A stretch of 64,000 bases of DNA, from NCBI GenBank assembly GCA_963545205.1, contig CAUUHW010000002.1, forward strand, positions 220,409-284,408, written 5' to 3'. The notes beneath the pieces are model-generated. The model saw only the letters and a program-made list of their open reading frames with translations. It did no database searches and had not been told where the DNA came from. The translations under genes and the position numbers were made by a program. Of the stretch, positions 29,549 through 42,399 are shown in pieces. Position 1 is the first letter of the stretch. Each line of letters begins with the position of its first letter. The DNA is from an uncultured Desulfovibrionales bacterium (GTDB lineage: Bacteria; Desulfobacterota; Desulfovibrionia; Desulfovibrionales; Desulfomicrobiaceae).

Positions 29549-31340
29549 TCAGGCAAAAAGAGACTATACAATCGGCAACACCTTGCTGCTGGGAGCCATT
29601 TTTCTTCTTTTCTGCGTTATCGGTCTGCGTCTATGGTATTTTCAGATCTTCAAAGGAACGGAACTGGCTGAAAAAGCCAAATCAAACAGGTTGCGCCTGC
29701 AAACGGTATATGCTCCGCGCGGGCTTATTTTCGACCGCAGGGGGGCTCTCCTGGCTTCCAATGAACCGTCATACTCTCTTGCTCTTATCAGAGAGGACTG
29801 CCAAGATATTGATGCAACACTTAAACAAGTCTGTCTCTGGACAGGTGTGCCGGCAAAAGATCTGAAAAAAAAATACCTGGAAGACAAAAAAAAAGTACGC
29901 CCTTTTCAGGAACAGATTCTTGTTTCCAACATCACCCCAAAAACTCTGGCCCGCATAGAAGCGGAACTTATTTACTGGCCCGGAGTGAAAATCGTTGTCA
30001 GCCCCTATCGGCGTTACACGCACGGCCATCTCCTGCCGCATGTCATTGGCTATGTTGCCCTGGCCAATGAAGAAGAACTGCAGAAAGACCCGAATCTGGG
30101 CATGGGTGACAATATTGGCCGCCAGGGGATTGAACTGACCTATGACAAGCATTTACGCGGAAAAAAAGGCCTGGAAGAACAGGAGGTTGACGTTTCAGGA
30201 CGGGTCCTGAGCCGCCGCATTCTTTCCGTCCCTCAAGCGGGAAAAAACCTGACCTTGAGCATAGACCTTGCTCTGCAACAAACAGCGGTCAAGGCGATTG
30301 GCAGCAAAACCGGAGCTATTGTGGTCATGGAAGCGGCAACAGGCCAGCTGCTGGCCCTGGTCAGTTCGCCCGGGTACAACAGCAATGATTTTGCCTGCGG
30401 TATCAGTCTGGATAAATGGCAAAACCTGATCGACAACCCCTTTCACCCCTTACAAAATCGTCCTCTGCAAAGTGTTTACCCTCTTGGTTCCGTATACAAA
30501 CTGGTTGTTGCCGGATGCGCCCTGCGCCACCAGCTGATTACACCAGGCACGCAATTCTTCTGTTCAGGCGCCTACACACTGGGTAACCGGTCTTTTCGCT
30601 GCTGGAAAAAACATGGTCATGGCATGGTCAACCTGCAACGCTCCCTTGTTGAATCCTGCGATGTCTACTATTACAGCCTTGGAGAAAAGCTTGGCATTGA
30701 GAAAATCAGCTCCTTCAGCAGAGACTGTGGTTTTGGCCAGAAAACCGGTATTGATTTGCCGCACGAACGAACAGGCCTGGTTCCTGACCAGCCCTGGAAA
30801 GAAAAACGTTTCCGCCAGCCCTGGCAGGGCGGAGAGACAATCAACCTTTCAATAGGCCAGGGTTTTCTTCAGGTTTCCCCCCTGCAGGTTGCCCGCTTTC
30901 TTGCCGCCCTGCTCAACGGCGGCAAACTGCTCAAGCCGGTGCTGGATAAAAACGAACTCCCAACCGTGCTGGGCGAATTACCGATGAATCCATCCATTCG
31001 GGCTACCCTGCAAAAAGATATGATCGCCACTGTGGAACAGACAAGAGGAACAGCCGGCATACTGCGCACGGACGGAATAGTGATCGGCGGAAAAACAGGT
31101 ACAGCCCAGGTTGTCAAACTGATGGAACAGTTTGAAGAAAAAAAAACAGAGGAAATTCCTTATAAATACAGGGATCACGCCTGGATGGGAAGCTGGGGTC
31201 TGCTGAACGGTAAATACTATGTGGTGGTGGTTTTTCTGGAACATGGCGGTCATGGCGGTTCGGATGCCGGCCCTATTGCCAAGGCTGTATACGATAATAT
31301 ATTGCAACAAGATAGCAGACTACAAACGAAAAAAGAATGA
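29535..31340 (+). CDS. mrdA: penicillin-binding protein 2 (elongasome transpeptidase)
   Basis: N-terminal TM, RG(L)IFDRRG, an SxxK-type motif (GSVYK), and the KTGTAQ motif near the C-terminus. Confidence 0.9.
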   Translation: MVRLDQAKRDYTIGNTLLLGAIFLLFCVIGLRLWYFQIFKGTELAEKAKSNRLRLQTVYAPRGLIFDRRGALLASNEPSYSLALIREDCQDIDATLKQVCLWTGVPAKDLKKKYLEDKKKVRPFQEQILVSNITPKTLARIEAELIYWPGVKIVVSPYRRYTHGHLLPHVIGYVALANEEELQKDPNLGMGDNIGRQGIELTYDKHLRGKKGLEEQEVDVSGRVLSRRILSVPQAGKNLTLSIDLALQQTAVKAIGSKTGAIVVMEAATGQLLALVSSPGYNSNDFACGISLDKWQNLIDNPFHPLQNRPLQSVYPLGSVYKLVVAGCALRHQLITPGTQFFCSGAYTLGNRSFRCWKKHGHGMVNLQRSLVESCDVYYYSLGEKLGIEKISSFSRDCGFGQKTGIDLPHERTGLVPDQPWKEKRFRQPWQGGETINLSIGQGFLQVSPLQVARFLAALLNGGKLLKPVLDKNELPTVLGELPMNPSIRATLQKDMIATVEQTRGTAGILRTDGIVIGGKTGTAQVVKLMEQFEEKKTEEIPYKYRDHAWMGSWGLLNGKYYVVVVFLEHGGHGGSDAGPIAKAVYDNILQQDSRLQTKKE

Positions 31341-32446
31341 TTGACCGCAGAATTTTTTTTCACATTAACTGGTCCCTGCTCCTTTTTACCCTGATTCTGG
31401 CCGGAATCGGGATTATTAACCTCTACTCAGCCAGTGCCCTGCGTCTGGAAGACGGTGTTTCCCTGACTCCCTATTATGCCAGACAGAGCGTGTGGACAGG
31501 AATGGGACTGATCGGCATTCTGCTCTGTACCGCCTTTGACTATCACCGCCTTACTTCCTGGGCCTGGCCGCTGTTTATTTTTTCGCTTCTGCTCCTTTTA
31601 AGCGTTCCTTTTATCGGCAAGAGTATTTACGGTTCCAGGCGCTGGATCGACCTTTACTTTTTCCATATCCAGCCCAGCGAACCAATCAAGATCGCGGTTA
31701 TGATTCTGGGAGCCAAACTGATTTCTGAAGTTCAGGAACCGCTTGACTGGAAAGTATTTCTGCGCATTCTGCCAATAGCTCTTATTCCGGCCGTCATTGT
31801 CATCAAACAGCCGGATCTTGGTTCAGGGCTGACCATTTTATTCATCTTTGGCGGAGTAGTGCTCTATCACGGGCTTGAAAAAAAGCTGTTCAAAATCCTG
31901 CTCATTGTCATTCCTTCTTTGCTGCCCTTGGCTTGGTCATTTCTGCACGACTACCAGAAAAAACGTATTTTGACCTTTCTTGATCCCGGCCAGGATCCTC
32001 TGGGAGACGGCTATCATATTCTGCAATCACAAATTGCCATTGGTTCCGGCCAGATCTGGGGGCAGGGTTTTTTAGGCGGCAGCCAGAGTCACTTACGCTT
32101 TTTGCCGGAAAAACATACTGATTTTGCCTTTGCCGTTTTTAGCGAGGAATGGGGCTTTTTAGGGGCCATTATCCTGCTGCTGCTTTTTTGTGGATTTCTC
32201 TACCAGCTGGCCCAGACAGCCCGTGAAAGCAGGGATAGTTTCGGCATTTTACTTGGGTGCGGCATCTTCTTCTACTTTTTCTGGCAAATACTCATCAATC
32301 TGTCCATGGTTCTTGGCCTGATGCCTGTTGTCGGGATTCCACTGCCTTTTATCAGTTACGGCGGCAGTTCAACCTTGGTCAACTTCTGTCTGATCGGCCT
32401 GTCCCTGAATATCTGTATGCGCCGGTTTCTATTCAAAAAAAATTAA
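31337..32446 (+). CDS. rodA: peptidoglycan glycosyltransferase RodA (SEDS family)
   Basis: QPSEPIKI, DFAFAVFSEEWGF, PLPFISYGGSS. Confidence 0.93.
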   Translation: MIDRRIFFHINWSLLLFTLILAGIGIINLYSASALRLEDGVSLTPYYARQSVWTGMGLIGILLCTAFDYHRLTSWAWPLFIFSLLLLLSVPFIGKSIYGSRRWIDLYFFHIQPSEPIKIAVMILGAKLISEVQEPLDWKVFLRILPIALIPAVIVIKQPDLGSGLTILFIFGGVVLYHGLEKKLFKILLIVIPSLLPLAWSFLHDYQKKRILTFLDPGQDPLGDGYHILQSQIAIGSGQIWGQGFLGGSQSHLRFLPEKHTDFAFAVFSEEWGFLGAIILLLLFCGFLYQLAQTARESRDSFGILLGCGIFFYFFWQILINLSMVLGLMPVVGIPLPFISYGGSSTLVNFCLIGLSLNICMRRFLFKKN

Positions 32447-32571
32447 CAAAACCGCCAAAGATGCCTTTCCCGAAGCGCCCTTCCGACCTGCCAACGAGAA
32501 ACAGGACAGGCAGCGAACCCAAAAAGATATTCATATCATCCCTTGGCTGGGTGCGGAACCTGGAAAATCCG

Positions 32572-32600
32572 TTGACATATAAAAAAAAAGCAGCTAGGTT
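32572..32600 (+). promoter_or_regulatory. possible sigma70-type promoter of the atp operon
   Basis: TTGACA (32572-77), N17, then TAGGTT (32595-600). GGAGGA lies at 32643 before the ATG at 32652. Pattern match only. Confidence 0.3.
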
Positions 32601-32651
32601 GTCTTCACTTGAACAAAAATTCACATATCCATTCAGCCAGATGGAGGAAGC

Positions 32652-33074
32652 ATGATTGAACTGAATATCACCTTTTTCATTCAACTTGTGAACTTTTTAA
32701 TCCTTCTTGCCGTACTCAACCTCATTTTATACCGCCCGATCAGGGAGGTTCTCAGAAAACGGGCCGACCATATCAACCTGGCCCTGCAGGCCACTGAAAA
32801 TTCTGTTCAACAGGCCGGTGAATACCTGAAAAAATATGAGTCTGAACTGGACGAAATACGCAAAAAGGGGCAGACCCTGCGTCAGGAAATAAAAGACCAG
32901 GCCTATGCAGCAGAAAAAAAACTGCTCACTTCAGCTACCAAAAACGCCTCTTCTCAACTGCAAACAGCAAAAGAATCTGTGACCAGACAACAGGGAGAAG
33001 TTCTATCCGCCCTGCAAAACGACATCAAAACATACGCGCAGGCTATCGCGCAAAAAATAATAACCGGGGCGTAA
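32652..33074 (+). CDS. F0F1 ATP synthase subunit b'
   Basis: N-terminal TM (FFIQLVNFLILLAVLNLILYRPI) plus a long charged helix. First of two b-type genes. Confidence 0.75.
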   Translation: MIELNITFFIQLVNFLILLAVLNLILYRPIREVLRKRADHINLALQATENSVQQAGEYLKKYESELDEIRKKGQTLRQEIKDQAYAAEKKLLTSATKNASSQLQTAKESVTRQQGEVLSALQNDIKTYAQAIAQKIITGA

Positions 33075-33092
33075 ACCAGGAAAACAGGAGGT

Positions 33093-33668
33093 ATGTACTT
33101 GCAACAATTCAAAAATATGTGTATCGTTTCTGTCATGCTCATACTGTTTTCCAGCCTGGCCTGGGCTTCAGGAGATGGAGAGGCGGACAGCAGCCAATGG
33201 ATCAACCTGCTGTACAGAGTGATCAATTTCACAATTGTCGCCGGCATCATCTATTATTTCGTGGGCAAAAAGGCCGCTGCGTTTTTTGCGGGACGTTCCA
33301 GGCAGATTGAAACACAGATGCTGGATCTGGACGTAAGACGACAAAAAGCGGAATCTGAACTGCGCAAAGTAGAGGCCAGAATCGCCAACCTTGAAACGGA
33401 AAAAGCCGCTATTTTACAGGACGCTCGGGAACAGGGCGAGGCCGTCAAAGCCGGCATCATTGCCGAGGCGGAAAAAACCGCGGCCAGAATCCAGGCCCAG
33501 GCTGAAATGGCAGCTGAACAGGAAGTGCGCCAGGCACTGACCCTGATCAGGGAGCAGGTTGCGCAGGAGATTGTAACAGAAGCGGAAAAGATCATCACTG
33601 GTCAGCTCAAGGGCAAGGACCATGAAGCTCTTATTCAGGACTCTTTAAGCAAGGTGGTGGTACATTGA
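33093..33668 (+). CDS. atpF: F0F1 ATP synthase subunit b
   Basis: TM helix plus an A/E/K-rich helix. Lies immediately upstream of the delta subunit gene. Confidence 0.75.
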   Translation: MYLQQFKNMCIVSVMLILFSSLAWASGDGEADSSQWINLLYRVINFTIVAGIIYYFVGKKAAAFFAGRSRQIETQMLDLDVRRQKAESELRKVEARIANLETEKAAILQDAREQGEAVKAGIIAEAEKTAARIQAQAEMAAEQEVRQALTLIREQVAQEIVTEAEKIITGQLKGKDHEALIQDSLSKVVVH

Positions 33669-34216
33669 CCGGAAATATTGTATCAAGACGCTACGCTCAG
33701 GCTCTTTTTTCCATAGGTCAGGCCAAAGGGGAAAAACAGCTTGCCCAATACGGCCAAAGTCTGGAACAGCTTGCAGATATGCTGAAAGGGTCGGATGAAT
33801 TTTTCCGTTTTTTCCGCAACCCGGTATTTACAAGCGTGGAAAAAAAGGCCGTGTTGCAGGAAATTTTCAGCAAAAATCCCGCACCGGACGAAGTGAAAAA
33901 TTTTTGTTTTTTACTGGCGGACAAGGACAGACTGCCACTTCTTGCTGAAATACAAGCGCGTTTCACCGAACTCCTGCATACTGCTCAGGGCATCATCTCC
34001 GGCGACCTGACAACAGCCGTTGAACTGTCCGCGGCCCTGCGCGCAAGTATTCAGGACTCACTGAAAAGCAAGCTGAAAAAGGAAGTGCGCCTGTCTTTTT
34101 CCGTTGACAAGGGTCTGCTTGGCGGATTCAAACTCAAGATTGGTGACAAGGTTATGGACGCCAGCATCAGGACACAGCTGGAAAATTTGAAAGAAAACAT
34201 CAAGAGGGGTGAATAG
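33665..34216 (+). CDS. atpH: F0F1 ATP synthase subunit delta
   Basis: [14 protein letters not shown] is the OSCP/delta N-terminal motif. TTG start overlaps the atpF stop. Confidence 0.88.
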   Translation: MTGNIVSRRYAQALFSIGQAKGEKQLAQYGQSLEQLADMLKGSDEFFRFFRNPVFTSVEKKAVLQEIFSKNPAPDEVKNFCFLLADKDRLPLLAEIQARFTELLHTAQGIISGDLTTAVELSAALRASIQDSLKSKLKKEVRLSFSVDKGLLGGFKLKIGDKVMDASIRTQLENLKENIKRGE

Positions 34217-35730
34217 TGGCTACGCAAATCAGAGCTGAAGAAATCAGCCAAATCATCGAAAGCCAGATCAAAAACTACGAAAAACGGGTTGAGATGAGCG
34301 AGACTGGGGTTGTCCTGTCCGTTGGCGATGGAATCGCCCGCGTGTACGGTGTTGAAAACGCCATGGCCATGGAGCTGCTTGAGTTTCCCGGCGGAGTTAT
34401 GGGCATGGTGCTCAACCTGGAAGAAGACTGTGTTGGAGTGGCGTTGCTTGGAGATGACCGGAAAATCAACGAAGGCGATGAAGTCAAACGGACAGGCAGG
34501 ATTTTTCAGGTTCCGGTTGGCGATGCTGTCATGGGCCGGGTTATTGACCCGCTGGGCAACCCGATTGACGGTCTTGGCCCCATTGAAACAACTGAGACCC
34601 GCCTGGTTGAAATCAAGGCTCCGGGGATTATCGCCCGTAAATCCGTCCATGAACCAATGTATACCGGCTTAAAGGCCATTGACGCCATGACTCCGATTGG
34701 CCGTGGCCAGCGCGAACTGATTATCGGCGACCGGCAGGTTGGAAAAACAGCGGTTGGCATTGACGCCATTCTGGCCCAGAAAGATTCCGGTGTGCGCTGT
34801 TTTTATGTTGCCATTGGCCAGAAAAAATCAACAGTGGCCCAGGTTGTTGAAGTCCTGCGCCAGCACGGAGCAATGGAATACACAACCATCATTTCCGCCA
34901 CAGCAGCGGAACCGGCCTCACTACAGTTTATCTCCGCTTACGCCGGTTGTACCATGGCTGAATACTACCGCGACAACGGCAAACACGCCCTGATTATTTA
35001 TGACGATCTGTCCAAACAGGCTGTTGCCTACCGGCAGATGTCTCTGCTGCTGCGTCGTCCGCCCGGACGTGAGGCATTTCCCGGAGACGTTTTTTATCTT
35101 CACTCCCGTCTGCTGGAACGGGCTTCAAAACTGAATGACAATCTTGGAGCCGGTTCATTGACCGCGCTGCCAATCATTGAGACCCAGGCCGGTGACGTTT
35201 CAGCCTATATCCCGACCAACGTTATTTCCATTACCGACGGTCAGGTGTATCTGGAGCCCAGTCTGTTCATGGCCGGTGTTCGTCCGGCAATTAACGTTGG
35301 TTTGTCCGTTTCCCGTGTTGGCGGCGCCGCCCAGATCAAAGCCATGAAAAAGGTTGCCGGGTCCCTGCGTCTGGATTTAGCCCAATACCGCGAACTGGCT
35401 GCGTTCGCCCAGTTTGGCTCTGACCTTGACAAATCCACGCTGACCAAACTGACCCGTGGAGAACGTCTGGTCGAACTGCTCAAACAAGCCCAGTATAAAC
35501 CAGCTCCGGTTGAAGAGCAGGTCGTGACCCTGTATGCCGGTACACGCGGCTTTCTTGATGAAATTCCCGTAGAAGCGGTACAGCGCTTTGACACGGAACT
35601 CCTGGAATTCATGCGCAGTAAAAAAAGCGCTGTGTTACAGGCCATCAAGGATTCCGGCGACATCAGCCAGGAGACAGACCAGCAGCTCACCGCGGCCATC
35701 GATGAATTTAAGGCCGAATTCAAGGCCTGA
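34216..35730 (+). CDS. atpA: F0F1 ATP synthase subunit alpha
   Basis: GDRQVGKTA Walker A; full-length alpha homology. Confidence 0.97.
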   Translation: MATQIRAEEISQIIESQIKNYEKRVEMSETGVVLSVGDGIARVYGVENAMAMELLEFPGGVMGMVLNLEEDCVGVALLGDDRKINEGDEVKRTGRIFQVPVGDAVMGRVIDPLGNPIDGLGPIETTETRLVEIKAPGIIARKSVHEPMYTGLKAIDAMTPIGRGQRELIIGDRQVGKTAVGIDAILAQKDSGVRCFYVAIGQKKSTVAQVVEVLRQHGAMEYTTIISATAAEPASLQFISAYAGCTMAEYYRDNGKHALIIYDDLSKQAVAYRQMSLLLRRPPGREAFPGDVFYLHSRLLERASKLNDNLGAGSLTALPIIETQAGDVSAYIPTNVISITDGQVYLEPSLFMAGVRPAINVGLSVSRVGGAAQIKAMKKVAGSLRLDLAQYRELAAFAQFGSDLDKSTLTKLTRGERLVELLKQAQYKPAPVEEQVVTLYAGTRGFLDEIPVEAVQRFDTELLEFMRSKKSAVLQAIKDSGDISQETDQQLTAAIDEFKAEFKA

Positions 35731-35787
35731 TGCAATATGTACAAAGTGAGCTAAACGACCTGGCTGATCATCCGAAAGGAGAAAAAT

Positions 35788-38084
<2,297 letters not shown>

Positions 38085-38104
38085 TGCCTGTTTGAGGGGG
38101 AATT

Positions 38105-38506
38105 ATGGCGCAGACATTCAAACTTGAGGTGGTCACACCCGATAAAAAGGTCCTGAGCGAAGAGGTTCAGTACGCCGGAGTTCCGGGACTGGAAGGTGAA
38201 TTTGGTGTTTTGCCTCAGCATATTCCATTCCTGTCCGCTCTTGGAATCGGGAAATTGCAGTATGACAAAGACGGCCAGCGAAGCAGCCTGTTTGTCTCCG
38301 GCGGTTTTGCCGAAGTTGGTTTTACATCTTTATCCATTCTGGCTGAAGCTGCTGAGAAAACTGAAGATATTGACCGGGCAAGAGCTGAACAGGCACTGAA
38401 ACGGGCTGAAAAACGTCTGGCGCAACCAGAGGAAGGCGTGGATATTGTCCGGGCCAAAATGGCAATGACCAGAGCCCTCGGCCGTCTCCAATGCGTGGGC
38501 CGCTGA
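38105..38506 (+). CDS. atpC: F0F1 ATP synthase subunit epsilon
   Basis: 133 aa. FKLEVVTPDKKVLSEEV...GVLPQHIPFL is the epsilon N-terminal beta-sandwich pattern. Confidence 0.92.
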   Translation: MAQTFKLEVVTPDKKVLSEEVQYAGVPGLEGEFGVLPQHIPFLSALGIGKLQYDKDGQRSSLFVSGGFAEVGFTSLSILAEAAEKTEDIDRARAEQALKRAEKRLAQPEEGVDIVRAKMAMTRALGRLQCVGR

Positions 38507-38530
38507 TTCGGCAAGAAAAGCACGAAACAG

Positions 38531-38564
38531 TCCCGGCAGTGTGTTGACGCTGCCGGGATTTTTT
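38531..38564 (+). terminator. rho-independent terminator after atpC
   Basis: CCCGGCAG (38531-38) pairs with CTGCCGGG (38549-56) around a 10-nt loop, followed by ATTTTTTT. Confidence 0.7.
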
Positions 38565-38627
38565 TAATTTCAGATTGCTGTTCTTTGATTTGGCAACGCT
38601 GCATTTCATCAATCAAAACTCAGCGAA

Positions 38628-40025
38628 GTGAAAATGAAAAATATGATACGAGAAAAAAAAATCGGGGCATTGGTTCTGGCCGCCGGCAAAGGCACCAGAA
38701 TGTATTCAACCACGCCCAAGGTATTGCAGGAACTGCTTGGCCTGCCACTGCTCTGGTATGTGTATGAAAATACGCGCCAGGTTGTAAACAGCGGTATCTG
38801 GACGGTAGTTGGATATGGCCGGGAGCAGATTGTGTCCCGTTTTCCCGACCAGCAATTTCTTGTTCAGGAAAAACAGCTTGGTACAGGACACGCCCTGCAA
38901 GGCGCCTGGGAAACACTGCGCGCGGCCGGACTGGATTATGTCCTGGTTTGCAATGGCGACACGCCACTGGTCAGCCCGGATACACTTCGCTCTTTTATCA
39001 ACCAGGCTCTTGCAACGGAACAGGAACTCGCTTTTTTAAGTCTTCAACTTGAAAATCCGGGCAGTTACGGCCGGGTAATCCGCAATCAGGCTGGCCAGAT
39101 AACAGGCATTGTTGAGGCCAGAGATTTTGATCCCCAAAGATACAAGGGGCAGAAAAATGAGGTCAACAGCGGTATTTATCTGTTGCACTGTGAAAAGACA
39201 GGCCCGCTGCTGGCCAGACTTGATAACCACAACGCGCAGCAGGAATACTATATCACCCAGCTTGTGGAGCTGGCTCTTCAGGCTCAACTTCAGGTTCAGG
39301 CTGTTTACGCTGGAAACAGTGCGGAATTGATGGGCATTAACACTGCCCGCGAACTGATTGAAGCCGAAGAATTTTTACGAAACACCCTTGTTCAGCGCTT
39401 CATTGAGGCCGGAGTCCGTATCCGCAACCACAGCCAGGTGCGCATTTCCCCGCAAACCCGGATTGCGCCCGGCGTTGACATCTGTGGCCCTTGTGAGATC
39501 TACGGCTCAAGCAATATTGAAGCTGGAACGGTCATTGCCTCACATTGCGTACTGAACAACGTTCATCTTGGGGCTTGCCAAATCAGGCCTTTTTCCCATA
39601 TAGATGAAGCTGAAATTGGCACCAAAAGTATAATCGGGCCTTTTTCCCGTATCCGTCCAGGAACATGCCTGGAAGATGATGTCCGGGTCGGTAATTTTGT
39701 TGAAATCAAAAATTCCCGGTTGCGCAGTCGAGCCAAGGCGGGGCATCTGACTTACTTGGGAGACAGTGAAATAGGCACTGATGTCAATATCGGAGCAGGA
39801 ACAATTACCTGTAACTATGATGGCCAGAAAAAGCACAAAACAACCATTGCAAACGGTGCTTTTATTGGCAGCAACACCGCGCTGGTCGCACCTGTGGAAG
39901 TAGGCGAACAGGCAATCATCGGCGCGGGAACAGTGGTGACCCAAAAGGTTCCTGAAAAACATTTATGCATCGCACGGGTGCGGCAGACAAATCTGCCCCA
40001 CAGAAAAAAGAAACAAGACAAGTAA
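38628..40025 (+). CDS. glmU: bifunctional UDP-GlcNAc pyrophosphorylase / GlcN-1-P acetyltransferase
   Basis: LVLAAGKGTRM N-terminal motif and C-terminal left-handed beta-helix hexapeptide repeats (NVNIGAGTITCNYDG). The start is ambiguous among GTG 38628, ATG 38634 and ATG 38643. Confidence 0.95.
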   Translation: MKMKNMIREKKIGALVLAAGKGTRMYSTTPKVLQELLGLPLLWYVYENTRQVVNSGIWTVVGYGREQIVSRFPDQQFLVQEKQLGTGHALQGAWETLRAAGLDYVLVCNGDTPLVSPDTLRSFINQALATEQELAFLSLQLENPGSYGRVIRNQAGQITGIVEARDFDPQRYKGQKNEVNSGIYLLHCEKTGPLLARLDNHNAQQEYYITQLVELALQAQLQVQAVYAGNSAELMGINTARELIEAEEFLRNTLVQRFIEAGVRIRNHSQVRISPQTRIAPGVDICGPCEIYGSSNIEAGTVIASHCVLNNVHLGACQIRPFSHIDEAEIGTKSIIGPFSRIRPGTCLEDDVRVGNFVEIKNSRLRSRAKAGHLTYLGDSEIGTDVNIGAGTITCNYDGQKKHKTTIANGAFIGSNTALVAPVEVGEQAIIGAGTVVTQKVPEKHLCIARVRQTNLPHRKKKQDK

Positions 40026-40034
40026 AGGCAAGGC

Positions 40035-40215
40035 TATGGACGTTCTCAGTCAGTTACACAACAAGATAGAAACTATGCTCCAGAAGCTGGAGCAGTTGGA
40101 GCTGGAAAATATGGAGCTCCGTGAAGAGCTTGCCAAAGAAAAACAAGACAAACAGGACGTTATGGTCAGCATTGACAACCTGTTAGGCCGGATTAAAGAG
40201 GCTATCGGCGACTGA
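40035..40215 (+). pseudogene. small ZapB-like coiled-coil ORF interrupted by an apparent 1-nt frameshift
   Basis: ATG 40035 gives MDVLSQLHNKIETML, then runs out of frame to a TGA at 40122. The +2 frame from 40081 reads QKLEQLELENMELREELAKEKQDKQDVMVSIDNLLGRIKEAIGD*, ending at 40215 and abutting the zapA ATG. Removing one C from the CTCCC run (40077-40081) would give one 59-aa heptad-repeat protein. Confidence 0.4.
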
Positions 40216-40457
40216 TGGCATCTCTTTCAATTCGAGTTCTGGATACAGATCTTGTTTTCAGCACCGACGCAAGTCCGGGTCAGGTTGAAAAAGCCAGAAA
40301 GCTGGTGGAAGACAAATACGCCAGTCTGGGTCTGCAGAACTTTCGTTCAGCTATTGGCGGGGAAAAGCTGATGCTTTCCCTGGCTCTCAGTCTGGCAGAC
40401 GACCTGATACAGATGAACGAACGGCTTGAAGGGCTGATTAAACAACTGGAAGAATAA
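40215..40457 (+). CDS. zapA: cell division protein ZapA
   Basis: 80 aa. SIRVLDTDLVFSTDASPGQVEKARKLVEDKY...LMLSLALSLADDL fits the ZapA fold pattern. Confidence 0.8.
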   Translation: MASLSIRVLDTDLVFSTDASPGQVEKARKLVEDKYASLGLQNFRSAIGGEKLMLSLALSLADDLIQMNERLEGLIKQLEE

Positions 40458-40466
40458 AAAAAGGAG

Positions 40467-40654
40467 CTTACTTCCTGGAAAGTTTGTGTTTGTTGCGCGT
40501 GTTTTTGAACCAATACAAGCAACACGGGAGCCACTTCCAACAAAACCTGTGTGCAAGCCTTTTTCGTAAAAGGAAGCCTGACGGTTCTGCAGCGGCTCCC
40601 ACCTCAACATAAGAGGTTTGAAATTGCCAGCACACGGCTTTCCGGGAAGCAAGG
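40467..40654 (+). ncRNA. ssrS: candidate 6S RNA (ssrS)
   Basis: 188-nt element just 3' of zapA, the classical ssrS neighbourhood. The 5' arm CUUACUUCCUGGAAAGUUUGUGU (40467-89) pairs with the 3' arm ACACGGCUUUCCGGGAAGCAAGG (40632-54), including several G-U pairs that only work on the plus strand. An inner stem GGGAGCC/GGCUCCC and an apical hairpin CCUUUU-UCGU-AAAAGG follow. About 30-nt unpaired tracts on both sides form a central bubble. Confidence 0.6.
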
Positions 40655-40826
40655 ACAACTGTCTTTCTTCTTCCTGTACGGAATATTCTTTTCCGTAAAC
40701 TGTTTCTTTTTCCCCTGCGTAACATACAAGGTGACAAATTTTGTCGCGTCTGCACAAAAAGACACTTTCGTCCTGTCCGGGCAATCAGACTTTTTCTGGC
40801 TTTGGAAAGGCGATTAAGGAGAATGT

Positions 40827-42383
40827 ATGGGGGAAATCATATTTATCGCCTGTGGCTGCCTGATTAGCGGCGGAGCTATGGGCGTTTTCTTGCAACGCTG
40901 GATTACAGCCAGAGAAGTAGAGGGCTCAACCAAACTCAGTGAAAAAATTCTGGATGAAGCCCGCAAGGAAGCCCAGGCCCATAAAAAAGAAATGATATTG
41001 CAGGGCAAGGACGAACTTTTGCAGCAAAGAAAAGAGTTTGAAGCGGAAGTAAAACTCCAGGAAAAGGAACTGAGAAAACAGGAAAACCGTCTGCAAGACA
41101 AGGAAGAACGCCTGGAAAAACGTCTGGAGCAGATGGCGCAAAAAGAAAATGAGACAGCTGCTCTGGAAAAAAAACTGAGCAAAAATGAAAAAAAACTGCA
41201 GGAAGAGCAGGAAAAAATAGAAGAGCTAATCCAAAAGCAAACCCAGAAACTGGAAGAGATATCAGGCCTGACAGTTGAAAATGCCCGGATCAGCCTGATG
41301 CAGGAAATAGAAAGCCGCACCAGACACGAAGCTGCCAAGATGATGCGCCAGATAGAAGAAGAGGCTAGGGAAACCGCCAACCGCCAGGCGCAAAAAATCC
41401 TGGCCACAGCCATGCAGCGCTACTCCGGTGATTATGCCAGTGAACATACCGTCTCCACCGTAGAACTGCCCAGCGATGACATGAAAGGCCGGATTATTGG
41501 ACGGGAAGGGCGCAATATCCGTTCCATTGAAGCCGCAACCGGTGTAGACCTAATTATTGACGACACTCCTGAAACCGTTGTGCTGTCCTCATTCAGTCCC
41601 CTGCGCAGGGAAATTGCCAAACGCTCGCTGGAAAGGCTGATCAGCGACGGCCGTATTCACCCCGCCCGCATCGAAGACATTGTCCACAAGGTTGAACAGG
41701 AAATGGACATCAAACTACGGGAAATCGGTGAACAAGCCACCTTTGACGTTGGCGTGCACGGTATCCACCCGGAGATTGTCCGTTTACTGGGGCAACTGTA
41801 CTACCGCACCAGCTTTTCCCAAAATGTCCTGCACCATTCTCTTGAAGTTTCTTTTTTATGCGGCATCATGGCTGCCGAACTCGGTCTTGATGTCAAAAAA
41901 GCCAAACGGGCCGGCCTGCTGCACGACCTGGGCAAGGCCGTTGACCACGAAGTGGAAGGACCGCACGCGCTCATTGGCGCGGATTTGGCAAAAAAACACA
42001 ATGAATCCAAAGAGATTATCCATGCTATTGCCGCGCACCACGAAGACGTGCCGCCAAAATCAGCCCTTGCCGTCCTGGTGCAGGCCGCGGACAGTCTTTC
42101 CGGTGCCAGACCCGGCGCGAGAAAGGAACTGCTGGAAAGCTATGTCAAGCGCCTTGAAGAACTGGAGAAAATCGCCACCAATTTTAACGGCGTTGACCGG
42201 GCCTATGCCATTCAGGCCGGGCGGGAAATTCGGGTTATGGTCAACAGCGATCAGGTCAATGACGATTCTATTTTTCTGCTCAGCAAGGATATTTCCAAGG
42301 AAATTGAAGAGAACATGAGCTATCCGGGCCAGATCAGGGTCACAGTCATTCGGGAAAAGCGGGCTGTTGGCATTGCCAGATAA
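40827..42383 (+). CDS. rny: ribonuclease Y
   Basis: N-terminal TM, a K/E-rich coiled coil, KH domain ([17 protein letters not shown]) and HD domain ([12 protein letters not shown]). Confidence 0.95.
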   Translation: MGEIIFIACGCLISGGAMGVFLQRWITAREVEGSTKLSEKILDEARKEAQAHKKEMILQGKDELLQQRKEFEAEVKLQEKELRKQENRLQDKEERLEKRLEQMAQKENETAALEKKLSKNEKKLQEEQEKIEELIQKQTQKLEEISGLTVENARISLMQEIESRTRHEAAKMMRQIEEEARETANRQAQKILATAMQRYSGDYASEHTVSTVELPSDDMKGRIIGREGRNIRSIEAATGVDLIIDDTPETVVLSSFSPLRREIAKRSLERLISDGRIHPARIEDIVHKVEQEMDIKLREIGEQATFDVGVHGIHPEIVRLLGQLYYRTSFSQNVLHHSLEVSFLCGIMAAELGLDVKKAKRAGLLHDLGKAVDHEVEGPHALIGADLAKKHNESKEIIHAIAAHHEDVPPKSALAVLVQAADSLSGARPGARKELLESYVKRLEELEKIATNFNGVDRAYAIQAGREIRVMVNSDQVNDDSIFLLSKDISKEIEENMSYPGQIRVTVIREKRAVGIAR

Positions 42384-42399
42384 CAACAAAGAGACAGGC

